A DNA stretch of 35,559 nt from Octopus bimaculoides (Eukaryota), in assembly GCF_001194135.2 (NCBI RefSeq), contig NC_068983.1, forward strand, positions 113,209,701 through 113,245,259, given 5' to 3'. The notes below the pieces were generated by a model, which worked only from the letters and a program-made list of their open reading frames with translations, made no database searches and was not told the DNA's origin. How positions within the stretch are numbered: position 1 is the first letter of the stretch; the number at the start of each line of letters is the position of its first letter. The position numbers and the translations under genes are program-made. Shown here in pieces: positions 1-11,776 of the stretch.

Positions 1-15
1 TATATATATATATAT

Positions 16-280
16 GGTGGTTGTCTACTCCTTACACAGAGTTTGACCACCTCCTGCACCTACACCTTAGCCTTTTCATGGCGTCTGATGTGGCTTTTTA
101 AACCAGACAATGTTTTGAAAAAACACCAACACAGATTGCACCTCTGATTTGTACTACCAATACCTGCAGGTAAGTTCTGCTCATTGTGGATCCTAACATG
201 TCTTTTAAGACCCCCATTGGATTTGCAAACCCTCTGGCACACACCACATTCAAACGTGTGCACAGACATATAATCAGAAT
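16..280 (-). mobile_element. 5'-truncated 3' end of a LINE (RTE-like) with two C2H2 zinc fingers, short 3' UTR, running into (TA)n
   Basis: ORF 60..269(-) has CGVCQRVCKSNGGLKRH-VRIH and CNLCWCFFKTLSGLKSH-IRRH. The GLxSHxRxH ending is typical of RTE/BovB-type ORF2 C-termini. There is no TGEKP linker, and a ~45 bp UTR abuts (TA)n. Confidence 0.6.
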
Positions 281-346
281 AGCTGTCTGTCTGTCTGTCT
301 GTCTCATTCTCTCATTGTCTCTCTTTCTCAATCTCTCTCTGTATTC

Positions 347-535
347 ATATGTGGGCACAGGACGTCATAAAACGTGTAAAAGCAAAAAATACGAAGTACG
401 AGTACATGGAATATGAATTATTTTTCGAACAACGAAAGTCACAAATGGAAGTTCGAAGAAAGAGTTCATATTTCATGTACTCGTACTTTGCATTTTTTTG
501 TTGTACACGTTTCATAACGTCCTGTGCCCACATAT
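347..535. mobile_element. Fold-back / MITE-like element
   Basis: ATATGTGGGCACAGGACGT at 347 and ACGTCCTGTGCCCACATAT ending at 535. Imperfect complementarity continues for about 80 bp per arm (GTACGAGTACATG / CATGTACTCGTAC; TTCGAAC / GTTCGAA) around a ~20 nt spacer. Confidence 0.8.
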
Positions 536-590
536 ACACCTATATATATACGTATAGATGTAAGTATGTACATATCCGTATGTATATATA

Positions 591-739
591 TGCGACAGCG
601 GCCCAACTCCCTTCCCCCGAGCGGCGACGTGTCACGTTCTCGCTTTCGCTGTGCCGTCGGAGTTCGCAAAGTGAAAGGCTCCAACGACTCGCAGTCGACT
701 GGGACTCCTCGGTCCGTGTTTCAAGACGGGTCGGGTAGG
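591..739 (-). rRNA. 28S rRNA fragment (D2/D3 boundary), isolated pseudogenic piece
   Basis: GGTCCGTGTTTCAAGACGGG at 711-730 is the reverse complement of the universally conserved LSU motif CCCGTCTTGAAACACGGACC. The minus strand reads CCTACCCGACCCGTCTTGAAACACGGACCGAGGAG. Confidence 0.92.
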
Positions 740-1160
740 NNNNNNNNNNNNNNNNNNNNNNNNNNNNNNNNNNNNNNNNNNNNNNNNNNNNNNNNNNNNN
801 NNNNNNNNNNNNNNNNNNNNNNNNNNNNNNNNNNNNNNNNNNNNNNNNNNNNNNNNNNNNNNNNNNNNNNNNNNNNNNNNNNNNNNNNNNNNNNNNNNNN
901 NNNNNNNNNNNNNNNNNNNNNNNNNNNNNNNNNNNNNNNNNNNNNNNNNNNNNNNNNNNNNNNNNNNNNNNNNNNNNNNNNNNNNNNNNNNNNNNNNNNN
1001 NNNNNNNNNNNNNNNNNNNNNNNNNNNNNNNNNNNNNNNNNNNNNNNNNNNNNNNNNNNNNNNNNNNNNNNNNNNNNNNNNNNNNNNNNNNNNNNNNNNN
1101 NNNNNNNNNNNNNNNNNNNNNNNNNNNNNNNNNNNNNNNNNNNNNNNNNNNNNNNNNNNN

Positions 1161-1216
1161 GTCTCCAAGGTGTACAGCCTCTCGTCGATAGCGCCAATGT
1201 AGGTAAGGGAAGTCGG
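1161..1216 (+). rRNA. 28S rRNA fragment (conserved core 3' of D7)
   Basis: GTCTCCAAGGTGTACAGCCTCTCGTCGATAGCGCCAATGTAGGTAAGGGAAGTCGG matches the conserved LSU segment GTCTCCAAGGTGAACAGCCTCT...AATGTAGGTAAGGGAAGTCGG. Confidence 0.9.
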
Positions 1217-1280
1217 GTAGGTTGCCGATGCTCGTCGCTGACCGGCAGCAGCGGGCGGCTTTTCGGGCGATCCCGCCGAC
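1212..1280 (-). rRNA. 28S rRNA fragment (3' end of D2 expansion segment)
   Basis: The minus strand reads ...GAGCATCGGCAACCTACCCGAC, equivalent to metazoan GATGTCGGCTACCCACCCGAC, which immediately precedes CCGTCTTGAAAC. The right boundary is approximate. Confidence 0.7.
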
Positions 1281-1359
1281 TCCTCCAACAACCACCGCTC
1301 CTGCTGCTGTAGCACCACGCGCAAAGACGAGGAGCGCGTTTGTCGTCGAAGCCGGCGGT

Positions 1360-1428
1360 CGGGCGAAGCAGCGGCAACGCAAGCGAGCCCGGAGACGTTG
1401 CCGGGAGCCCCGGGAAGAGTTCTCTCTT
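1360..1428 (+). rRNA. 28S rRNA fragment (just 3' of D7a)
   Basis: GCGGCAACGCAAGCGAGCCCGGAGACGTTGCCGGGAGCCCCGGGAAGAGTTCTCTCTT matches conserved GCGGTAACGCGACCGATCCCGGAGAAGCCGGCGGGAGCCCCGGGGAGAGTTCTCTTTT. The left boundary is approximate. Confidence 0.85.
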
Positions 1429-1805
1429 ATATATATATATATATATATATATACATACATATATATATATATATACATATACATATATGTGAGGTGTGCG
1501 TGATACATATATACGTAAATTTACGAATATATGTATACATACATATCTATACAATAATGGAGAAAGCGCTTGTTGGAATTATGTAACTTAGACTAAAACA
1601 AAGCGATTACTAAAGTAACTATTTTCTACAAAATTCTTTAAAATTCTAATTTTATTATATTTTAAACAATATATGTTTTTGAAACGTTTTTTTTTTTTTT
1701 AATTTTTGGAGATTCAAGTATACGCTTCAATCACAGAATATTTTTGATTTATTTCATTTATCAGAAAGCAAAGTTTTATTCAGCGTATCATACGTCTGTC
1801 TGTCT

Positions 1806-1869
<64 letters not shown>

Positions 1870-2455
1870 CTCTCTCGCTTACTGTTTTCCGCTCCATTCA
1901 ACTATTTTCATTAAAAAATCATTACAATTTGTTGGTTTCTTTTTTGATACTTAGGGAATATTTCTAATTGTTTACGCTATATTTGTAGTATTTATTGTTG
2001 GGTGAAATATTGGTATTCGTTTTGATTTTCCAAGGTCTTCCTCCCATCCCTCTTCATACTTCTCTTTCAGCTTCTCTCTCCCTCTTACACACTAACTCTC
2101 TCTCTCTGTCATATACATACACACACTTTGTTCATAACCTTGCGGTGTCATTTTATGTGAAACGTTTTGTCTTTCCCAGAACACTCATTTTAATTTCCTC
2201 CCTTGCAACGTTGTGTCTCTTTGTTTCTGTCTTTGTCTCCGTCTCTGCTCGTCTGCTTGTCTGTCTGTCTATCTGTCTCATTTTCTCATTGTCTCTCTTT
2301 TTCTAACTCTCTCTGTATATATATATATATATATGTATCTTTCTCTCTCTACCTTCTCTATTCAATTAATTCATCAAAAATTATTTAGTGTTCTTGTTAG
2401 GTATAATATATTGATATTTGTTATTTTCTTCACCATTTTTCTCCCTTACACCTTC

Positions 2456-2498
<43 letters not shown>

Positions 2499-2835
2499 AC
2501 TTTCGCCATTTCATTCCAACTTGAGCAATTTCAAATTTCCTCCGGTTATACATAAATATGTGTCGAACAATATACATACTGAGCTATTTGTTTTCACATT
2601 AGAATTTGTCAGTCTCTCTCAGTTACTTGCATTCTCTCTCCTAACGACGTTCTCTCACTCTCTCTCTCTCCCTGTTTGTCTGTTTATCTGTATCTTTCTC
2701 TCTCTTTTTCCTTCTTTCTCTCTCTCTTTCTCTACCATTTTTATTCAATTGTGAGTTCATATAGATTAAAACATTTAAGTGTACAAATATATATTGGTTT
2801 CAAATTTTTGCAAAAGGCCAGCAATTTAAAAGCAT

Positions 2836-2990
2836 TGACTCCAGTACGCAACTGGTATTTATTTTACCGGTCCCCAAGGGATGAAAGGAAAAATATACCT
2901 CGGTGGAATTTGAACTCAGAACGTAAAGACAGGCGAAACGCCGCTAAGCATTTCTCCCACTGTGCTCATGATTCTGCCAGCTCTTCACCA
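2836..2990 (-). mobile_element. tRNA-derived SINE, family A
   Basis: The minus strand has an A-box-like GAGCTGGCAGAATC and B-box GAGTTCAAATTCC. The body is shared with the copies at 5271, 11777, 13651, 27106 and 29401. Confidence 0.85.
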
Positions 2991-5270
2991 TAAAAATGTG
3001 CAAATATATATTGACAGAAAAGTAGCACTAGCAAGTTATTCAATATAAGGTGTGCATTCCAGTTCACTATCGTATAGAGCTACAGAATCTTCTGGTATAT
3101 ATACATATATACTCAATAGACTGTGGACTTCTACATGGCTAAGTTATCTCAAAGTAGCACCAGATTTCTTTATAAATTTAAACACCGTCTTTGAGTGCTT
3201 CCTATTATTCTAAATTTATTAGACGAATAAAGAATATAAAGAGAAATTAGACGTAACATATCACAAAATAGTATACAAATTCGAAATCATCTAAATATCA
3301 ATAGAAAACCGCTTTTCTGGAATTTGTAAAAATCAATGCTTTTAATGAAATGAAATTTTTCTGAGTTACTGGCAAAATTTACAAACAATAAAGTATAAGG
3401 AAAAAGCAGAAAAATATCAGAGGTGAATATTTTGGTAGGGCTATTTGATATGCTACAGGCCTTAGAATATACTATCATGATTCCTGCTATTTCTAGCAAA
3501 TTAAACAACCACGCAGATGGGCTAACTTTGAGTTCATTTAAAAGAGTGAGATTATACCTGAGGTAAAATAGTGAAAGACATGTTTATTGAGCAAGCGAGT
3601 ACTATTACACGAATAACGAATACAAATGGAAATTAGACACAATAAATTGGAAACATTACACAAATTGGGAATCAAATGTGTATTTCTCTTACGTATATTA
3701 TTTGGCTTCTTTGCAGAAATCAATTATTTTAAAAGCATTAGGGCCAGTCCTTCGATCTCAAGCTAATTTTATTGCATGTAAGCACGTATAAATGCATAAA
3801 TAATACAAGAATACATAGACTACATATAAGAATACATATATACATCGTATATATATGTTTTAAATGTGTGCGTGCGTGTTTGTGTATATTTGTGAAAGGA
3901 AAAGAAGGCAGGATTAGTTAACCACGAATAGAAATGGAAGAACTCTTTCCGTAGGTAATTTTCAAAGTGATAACATTTGGCGAAATTCTCTGATCTGACA
4001 TCTAGATTTGTTAATGCTTTTGAATATGCAGTTTTATGCAGATATGCACGACATGCAGCGTCTTTTACTATCTCTGCATGTTATGCCCCTTTGCATGTTT
4101 CATTTGATCTCGAATTGAAAGGTTTGTTCATTTAAATATCAGACGTAAATGGGCAGGATGTTTGTATTCCTCCCTTATAGACTTTTGAAGTTTGATGTAA
4201 TGTTGAAGTGCGATTGTTCAGAGTTAACTTCCAATATATGTGTATGGTGTTCACACAGTTTTTGGTTTTGGTTTTGGTTTGGTGGGGTGAATGTTCACTC
4301 CTACAAAAACCCTTAAGCGTCGCATGACTGACTAAGTAAACATACGTTTGCATTTGAACAAGTGCAGTTAGTTTCTTCGATTAATTTAGCTGGTTTGATA
4401 ACTGAGATAAAGTTGATTTCTATTGCATAGATTTCTGTACCGGTTATTGAAGAATATCGTATAAGTGTAGAAAGTTTTCAGCAATGTTAATCTTAACATT
4501 TAGAGTCTAGTGGCTCTTCTTCATATTGCAGAGTCGGGTTTAAAGGCATATGAGTTCTTATCTTTAAGTGCACTACCTTCTACTACTTTATTACTGCAGC
4601 AGAGCAAATTCTTGAAGTCATATTTATTTCAAGAGTCTTCCACTGTAATAATTAATGAGACTTTGAAACTTAAGTGTTGATAACAGGAATTAATATTAAT
4701 GTTTGTGACTTTCGATTAGGTTTGCTATATGGATTATATTTTTTTGCGTGTAGGTTAAGAATAACATTTAAAAATGACAACATTTATTTTAGTAGCTATA
4801 GTCACATTTAGACCGAAATTAATGGAGCTTCATCTTTTTGAAGCTAATGATAAGGTATTTTCTGGATGTGTCTAGTATGTGTCCTTTTGTACATTGGGAT
4901 ATAATCTGTCCATTATCGTTATATAAGCCTATGTTGACTGCGTTGAAGTGATACAGTCTTTTTGGCACAGAGATTTGATATGCATAAATAAAATCATATA
5001 AGTCGGTGCAGTCTGATGACCCAGTACGTATGTCGAAAAAACCTATGAGGACAGACTGTTTAAAAATCTACTCAGAATTCCCCATGTGAGTAGTGCTTTC
5101 GCTGGTACACCTAATGCTATTTCTTTCATTATCATCTATATCATTATTTAGCTTTGCGAATTATTAGGCGTTGCTGAATAGATGTTTTGCGATAGAACGA
5201 TACAATTTTCGAGAAAATCAAATGCGGTAAATATGTCATTCCTTTGATTATTAATATTATTAATTGATTT

Positions 5271-5484
5271 AAGGCGGTAAACTGACAGAATCGTTATCGC
5301 GCCGGACAAAATGCTTAGCAGCATATTTTCTGACTTCACGTTTTGAGTTCGAAGGCCATCAGGGTCAACTTTGCCTTTCTTCCTATCAAAATAATGTAAG
5401 TACAAGTTGAGTACTAGGGTCGAGGTAATCGATTAGCCGCCTCTCCAAAATTGTCAGCCTGTGCCAAAATTTCAAACCAATATT
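5271..5484 (+). mobile_element. tRNA-derived SINE, family A, near full length
   Basis: AAGGCGGTAAACTGACAGAATCGTTA head, GAGTTCGAAG B-box, GTCAACTTTGCCTTTC body and a tail ending in AATATT. Confidence 0.85.
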
Positions 5485-7454
5485 ATTAACTACCTTGCTT
5501 ATATCTAATTTTTAATGGTTAACTAACTTACAAATCTTGCTGAAGATTTTTTAATTAATCCGAGCTCGGTTTTCAAAGTATTGCTTAATTTGCATTTAGT
5601 ACTGGACGAGAAACTATTGTTATGAACTTACACTGTGACCTATGTTTCACAGTTAGTTAATCCTCCTATCTAAAGCCTAATTAGTCAATATAGCTTCAGA
5701 ATACGGAAGATATGTATTAGTTTTAATTTTTATAGTTTTATAAGTGCGTAAGCTAGATACATTTTTCCTAATTTTGAGTAACATATTTATTTACGAGATG
5801 TTTATAGGTACCATTTTCTACTTAAATATATCGTTATAAAATGAATGAGTTGTTTTGTTTTGATAATCTTCATAACAGTCAATGGTTCAACAGATGTTTA
5901 ATAGAAACAAACAAGCTGAGAAAACGAAGGATCTATAGTGCTACCCAGTATTACATACTTAAAATTGTGTGAGAGTGGAGGTGAAAAGTATGATTAAAAG
6001 ATTCATAATGTCAGCTAACAACTTACTAAAAATATTAATTCTTTTCTTTCTGCTAAAAGTATATTACTCATTACAGGAAAGATAGTTTATGTGAATTAGA
6101 TTTCCTTACATGCTGGTGTTGTGATATTGTTAAACATCCATTTAATTGATATTATAAGTTCTATAAATGATGTTGCCAAATGCATTTTAGAAACGATATT
6201 GATAAATGATCTCCAAAAAAAGAATTATTTCAATTGAAACAAGAATCTCTAAGAGTGCTGTCAACAACATATACGTTCAACTATTGCTTAAAATGAAAGA
6301 GTAAATCGATATTTTATAACCTACGAATTAAGGTTTCCGACTGCTTTATTGTTTAGTCAGAAATAGTTAACAGAAGTATAGAATTCAGTTGTTTTTCAGA
6401 TATGATAGGGTGTGGAATTTATAATAAGGTTATGAAGAACAAAAGTACTAAATGAATTTTTCATTACGATTGTGTACACGACATTTGTAGATGCTTCAAG
6501 TGACAACTATTACTTGTTGCTATGGTGGCCCATCGCAGTTTATGCTTGGGTAGTTTGATAACGTTATATAAAAATAAATCAGTCAATGTCAACAGCAGTT
6601 CATGTGCATGTACTAACTCGAATAAAATTCGATCTCTTTATTATTTTTTGTTTTTGTTTTTTTTTCTGACGGATGCCGAATAGTTTTAAGATAGTTGAGT
6701 GAACAAGATACATCGATGAAACTAGAAAGATGGATAGCAGGAAGATGTGTGTANNNNNNNNNNATACACATATATATGTGTGTGTGTGTGTGTATATATA
6801 GGGTGGGGTGTAAGTGTGGGTGTTTATATGCATGTATGAATTTTTTACTATGTGTATATGTGTTTATATGTATATATACATGAAAAAATTCAAGAACGAG
6901 TAAGAAATTAAGACTAAGGCAAATATGAAATGCAAAACGGAATGTCTTTTACTGTTTCACATGCCAACAATGCAAGAAGAACTATATCAGCCAAAATGGA
7001 ATAAAATTAGTAGCCCACGTCAAGAATCCATCTCTTACTAATTTAATGTAATGTAATCCATCTCTTTCGAATTTTACGTCCATGTAAAATCTAGACATTA
7101 GTGCTAATGGGAAATAGAAATTTATTCCCCTTTCAGTGTAAAGGAAGAATATTATCAATTATGAAAGGCAAATGATGAATAACTTATAAGGATTTTCTAT
7201 CAGAAACGAAACCGAAATTAGTGAAAACGGCTATGAAAACAAAATTAGACACTACAGATTACCTTTTATCATTATACCATTGAAATGCTGAAAACAGTGA
7301 AATCATTTGCCCGAAATACACTTTCCATCAGATCTGCATAAATACGGTTTATATAAAGCCAGTTTATACAATTAATACCTTTGATTTAGGTAAATTTTTA
7401 ATTATGTATGTATATGTGTGTATGAGTGTGTGTGTGTGTGTGTGTATGTACATG

Positions 7455-7499
<45 letters not shown>

Positions 7500-7699
7500 G
7501 GGATGACAGCACTAAACAGTATTGTATATAAATGTAAACTTATTACCAGTTCAAATATGCTTGAAGTATATTCGAACATGCAAGAAATCTATTCACTGTA
7601 TTTTGTCACGGAGAAAATTTATCGCTGTAGACAGAAAGATGTAAACACACCAGATCAATTCGTGGCGCTCTCTAACGAGACTGTTGGATGCGTGCATTT

Positions 7700-8330
7700 T
7701 GGAATGGATATTTCTCAGGAAAGTTAAACTTCTTTTGGAGAATGACTTTCCTTCGTTAATGAAGAACTTCGCCTTGGTTAGCCTTGCAACTACCGCATTT
7801 TCACTGCTCGTCGATTTTGCTTCGCTACTAGCATAGATGAGGGTATCATCTTGATATACGCTGATTCCTTCGATCCCTTTTAGTAGAGTTTCCAAGCAGA
7901 TGTGAAATATGCCACTCGAATTCTTAAGGCCCTTTTGAAGTCTGTTAACCAGGCAGAGGCCACTGGCTGTATTAATGGGGCAAATCCGCCTTGCTTCCTC
8001 CGCTAAAGGTATTTGCCAATACGCATGCTTTAAATCGAGAGTGGAGAAGAATTTCACACTTGATATTCCGAAGAAGATAGTCTCAATTGATGGCCTGGGA
8101 AAAGAATAGGTGTCAACATGTACATTTAAATGGACCTTGTAATCGACACACATGCGAAGAGATCCATCTGCTTTTCTAAGCCATACCAGAGGTGAGGCAG
8201 ATCTGACTCCATAGTAATCCGACGGTGTGATGATACTCATCATTTCCAACCTCTTTAACTCAACTTTCACTTCTTTTTCTAAATGTACCGGAACGCGTTT
8301 CGTTGAATTCATCACGCTATATCTCGTATT
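7700..8330 (-). pseudogene. Gypsy reverse transcriptase domain (degenerate)
   Basis: ORF 7593..8351(-): PVHLEKEVKVELKRLE...ASPLVWLRKADGSLRMCVDYK...FPRP...LDLKHAYWQIPL...GLKNSSGIF...YQDDTLI. Confidence 0.92.
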
Positions 8331-8552
8331 ACAGCATTTAACTCGAGCCACAAAACCTTAAACCTTCTGAACACTTCAATGTTTAAATTGAAACAAAACG
8401 AACTGTCTTCAATAATATTGTTTCCAGTCATCGCAAACGAGTATGAGTTGTCTACCACAATAAATTTACGTGACTCGTCGGTGTTATTGAATTTAAATGC
8501 CACTTGGGTTGATCGAACAACCTTTAGATCTGTACCATCAAAAGTTGTTAAT

Positions 8553-8700
8553 CTATTGTGATATAATTAGATTGGGATACCTAACTGTGAAGCTAATGAC
8601 AACGGACCTATCGAACAAGCTTGCCCCAGTATCCACTTTCACATCTATACTTCTGTTATTTATGAAAGTCTTGCAAAACCCCGAGTTATTTGCACTCTCA
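8553..8700 (-). pseudogene. Gypsy aspartic protease domain (degenerate)
   Basis: FINNRSIDVKVDTGAS in ORF 8553..8783(-) carries the D-T-G active-site motif. Confidence 0.85.
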
Positions 8701-8791
8701 TTGTTGTTCATGCTTAGCAATAAACTGTCGATAGATCCAGTCTCGCTTGGAGATATATTTATGTTGTCCAGACGGCGATACATTTTAGATC

Positions 8792-8862
8792 AGCACTTAT
8801 TACAATGTTTTCCATATGCTGAGCACACACAAGCTTTGTGTGTACGTCCACAATTTCAACAT
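8792..8862 (-). pseudogene. Gypsy gag zinc knuckle (degenerate)
   Basis: Manual minus-strand translation gives C*NCGRTHKACVCSAYGKHCNKC*. Confidence 0.75.
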
Positions 8863-8911
8863 TTCACTACAACGTCACGACTGCAGGTATTCCTTTGTTA
8901 TTGTTTGTCAA

Positions 8912-9669
8912 CTACTTGCAAACAGTGGTTCCGATTCTAGGGTGGATGCGAGAGCAGCTATTCCAGTGTAATTCGTTTTAGAATGACACCGTAACTTATC
9001 CAAAATCTTTAATTTTATCTCTGCCAACGACAATCACGCGATGAAAATGAGTTCCATGATTTCCACTTCTAGATTTTCTTTCAACCTATTCAAATGACAA
9101 CAGGAAGTTTCAGAATTAATCCTAAGAAGAAAGTCGTTGATTGACTCATCTTCTAGTTACTTTAGTTCCAATAATTTTAATCTGCCCGTAACTAACAGTC
9201 TCTCCTTCGGCTTTATTAGTTGTTGCAACGCATTCATTACTTTTTGGTATGTTGCGTTCTGAAGACTTATAANNNNNNNNNNNNNNNNNNNNNNNNNNNN
9301 NNNNNNNNCTACTTGCAAACAGTGGTTCCGATTCTAGGGTGGATGCGAGAGCAGCTATTCCAGTGTAATTCGTTTTAGAATGACACCGTAACTTATCCAA
9401 AATCTTTAATTTTATCTCTGCCAACGACAATCACGCGATGAAAATGAGTTCCATGATTTCCACTTCTAGATTTTCTTTCAACCTATTCAAATGACAAAAG
9501 GAAGTTTCAGAATTAATCCTAAGAAGAAAGTCGTTGATTGACTCATCTTCTAATTACTTTAGTTCCAATAATTTTAATCTGCCCGTAACTAACAGTCTCT
9601 CCTTCGGCTTTATTAGTTGTTGCAACGCATTCATTACTTTTTGGTATGTTGCGTTCTGAAGACTTATAA
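8912..9669. repeat. 361-bp direct duplication on both sides of an N gap (8912-9272 and 9309-9669); likely haplotype or assembly overlap
   Basis: The copies are identical except for two substitutions I could see (ACAACAGG/ACAAAAGG and TCTAGTTAC/TCTAATTAC), and both abut the gap. Confidence 0.85.
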
Positions 9670-9835
9670 CTTCTTTATGGCTTCAACTCCACAGATAGAA
9701 AGAAATGCTGGCTTCTTTTTGACATCTTCAACGTCGTGGCCTTCAGTTCTTGCTTCGAACTGTATCAGCCAGGTATTAACTTCCTCCCAGTTGTTCAAGG
9801 TTAAATGTTTTCCGGATTTCATCCGCGTCGACGTA

Positions 9836-9989
9836 TGTTATGTTTCACTCTTGAGAAAATATGTTGAATATTCGTAACTGCAAGTTACACAACTCACTTC
9901 CGAGGGCCACGCTGTACAATTCCTAGTCTTTCCCATGCGCTGCGGTATCGCTCATTTTATGGCTACCAGCTCGTTCATCTCTCATCACA
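9836..9989 (-). repeat. Probable 5' LTR of the Gypsy element, followed by a degenerate PBS (9821-9835)
   Basis: The minus strand runs TGTGATG...CATAACA, then TACGTCGACGCGGAT, resembling the common Gypsy PBS TGGCGACGAGGAT. No partner LTR is present to confirm it. Confidence 0.4.
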
Positions 9990-10554
9990 TGATTTCCACG
10001 TGGTTGCACGAGACTTCCTTTGAGAATTCTATATATATATCAGGATACCAAAGTCAGCAACCTAACGCAACTATCACAATCTTACCTTGCTATTCTTCAA
10101 TCGGAATGATTGAACATAATACATTTTAGCGACTGATTTCGAAACCTTTATAAATATAAGCTACTCTCGTAGGGATGTATAAAATGTGTAGGGATCACAA
10201 TCGTTAAAAGTGTCTAAGAGATATTTTAATTTTCTTTAAACACTGGCGGTACTCCATAATCACTAAAACTACCACAGTTAAAATCAACAATCTAATTGCA
10301 ATGTAAATTCTCCGTTTTTTAATGATACACATCAGCACTAACCATATGTTTTCAGATTATTCTAACCAAGCTTCTCAAATTCATACTCCTTTTTCTTTAT
10401 TTGCTTAGCTAGTGATATATTTCACATTAATGCGCTCTACTAGCACAAAACGATATATTCGGCTGGCATAATGATAACATAACACATAGTAAAATGCAAA
10501 ATGCGACTATGAAATATATACGTATGCATGTACATATATATTTATATATGCATG

Positions 10555-10659
<105 letters not shown>

Positions 10660-11776
10660 ATTAATGTTTGTTTTTATATCCAGTTATAGTTAAAAGAAGT
10701 TTTGTATTAATCTGGTGGGTTACTAAATACTTACTTTTATAGAGTACACATTTATTATTCTTATGCAAGAATATTGTTGACAGTAACTTCGAAGCTTCGG
10801 CCAGCTAAGCCATCGTCGTATATACATATGATAGAATATTCACAACAAACAAATTATCAAGAGGGTAAATATTTTCTGGAGTCTGTATGGTCTTATTACA
10901 ATTTAGAATTTATATTTCTCTTTGCAACTAGTTTTTCTTATAATACAGTAGACTGTAGCTTTCAGAATTCAATACTATAGATAGTGAATATATTAAATTT
11001 ACTACCACTACTTTCAGGCATGCACAAATAAAGTTACCAGATAGCGCTATATTTCATACAACGTAAATGTAGATTTCAAAATCTCCTCAGTCATTTCTGC
11101 TGTTCACACTGATATTTCATATTAGCACTAACCCAATTATGTAATATAACTAATATCTTGTTCGGCTAAATATTAGAAGCTTAGATCGTTTGGTAGATTT
11201 AACATATTATTTATTATACTTTTAGAATCTTCGGTCGTCTGATAGCTTAAAATATTATTTATTATACTTTTATTCGCTTAAGAATTTATATTCAAATAGT
11301 GTTACAGAAAGCATCCCCAAAACTATAGCATCAGCACACTACAATTAACTCTAAAATGATCAAATTAGCATTTTCATGAGTGCCCAGAAGTTACATGGAT
11401 TTCAACCATTTATTAGACACTTAAGAGAAATCAATTTCAGTACTTTTGTCATATTATATGTCATTCTTATTATTCAGTATAAATTTGGTATATTTGAAGG
11501 CCTTTTCTGTTGTTGTTGTTGTTGTTGTACTTGTTGTTGTTATTAATGACCTGACAGCTCTGATGGATGATACCTATTATCAAAGGCTTTCCATACATTA
11601 CTATTTTATATTTATTCAGCCATACGACTACATTATTCCAATGTCATTGTAATACTATATAATATCAAAGAAATCTAGACTGCTATTTCTTGATAATATG
11701 TCAATCAAACAGGGGTAGTGAATTTCATGTTTGCTTGTCTTTAATATTTTCTGGTTTCAACATTTTCTTTAATTCT

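Larger units (their letters stand above)
7590..9989 (-). mobile_element. Decayed Ty3/Gypsy LTR retrotransposon (gag-protease-RT; RNase H, integrase and 3' LTR not seen)
   Basis: RT motifs LRMCVDYK, FSTLDLKHAYWQI and YQDD; protease VDTGAS; gag knuckle C*NCGRTH..C.AYGKHCNKC. Domain order fits Gypsy, with several stops and frameshifts. Confidence 0.92.

Noticed and set aside
524-1554. Long ORFs (230-322 aa) spanning the first gap
   Set aside because: They consist mostly of Ns plus translated rRNA and (TA)n, so they are not genes.
8912-9669. Tandem duplication inside gag as a biological event
   Set aside because: Near-identical copies end exactly at a small N gap, which is the typical signature of unmerged haplotype or contig overlap.
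11204-11271. 20-bp direct repeat ATATTATTTATTATACTTTT with a 48-bp period
   Set aside because: AT-rich two-copy slippage duplication with no further structure.
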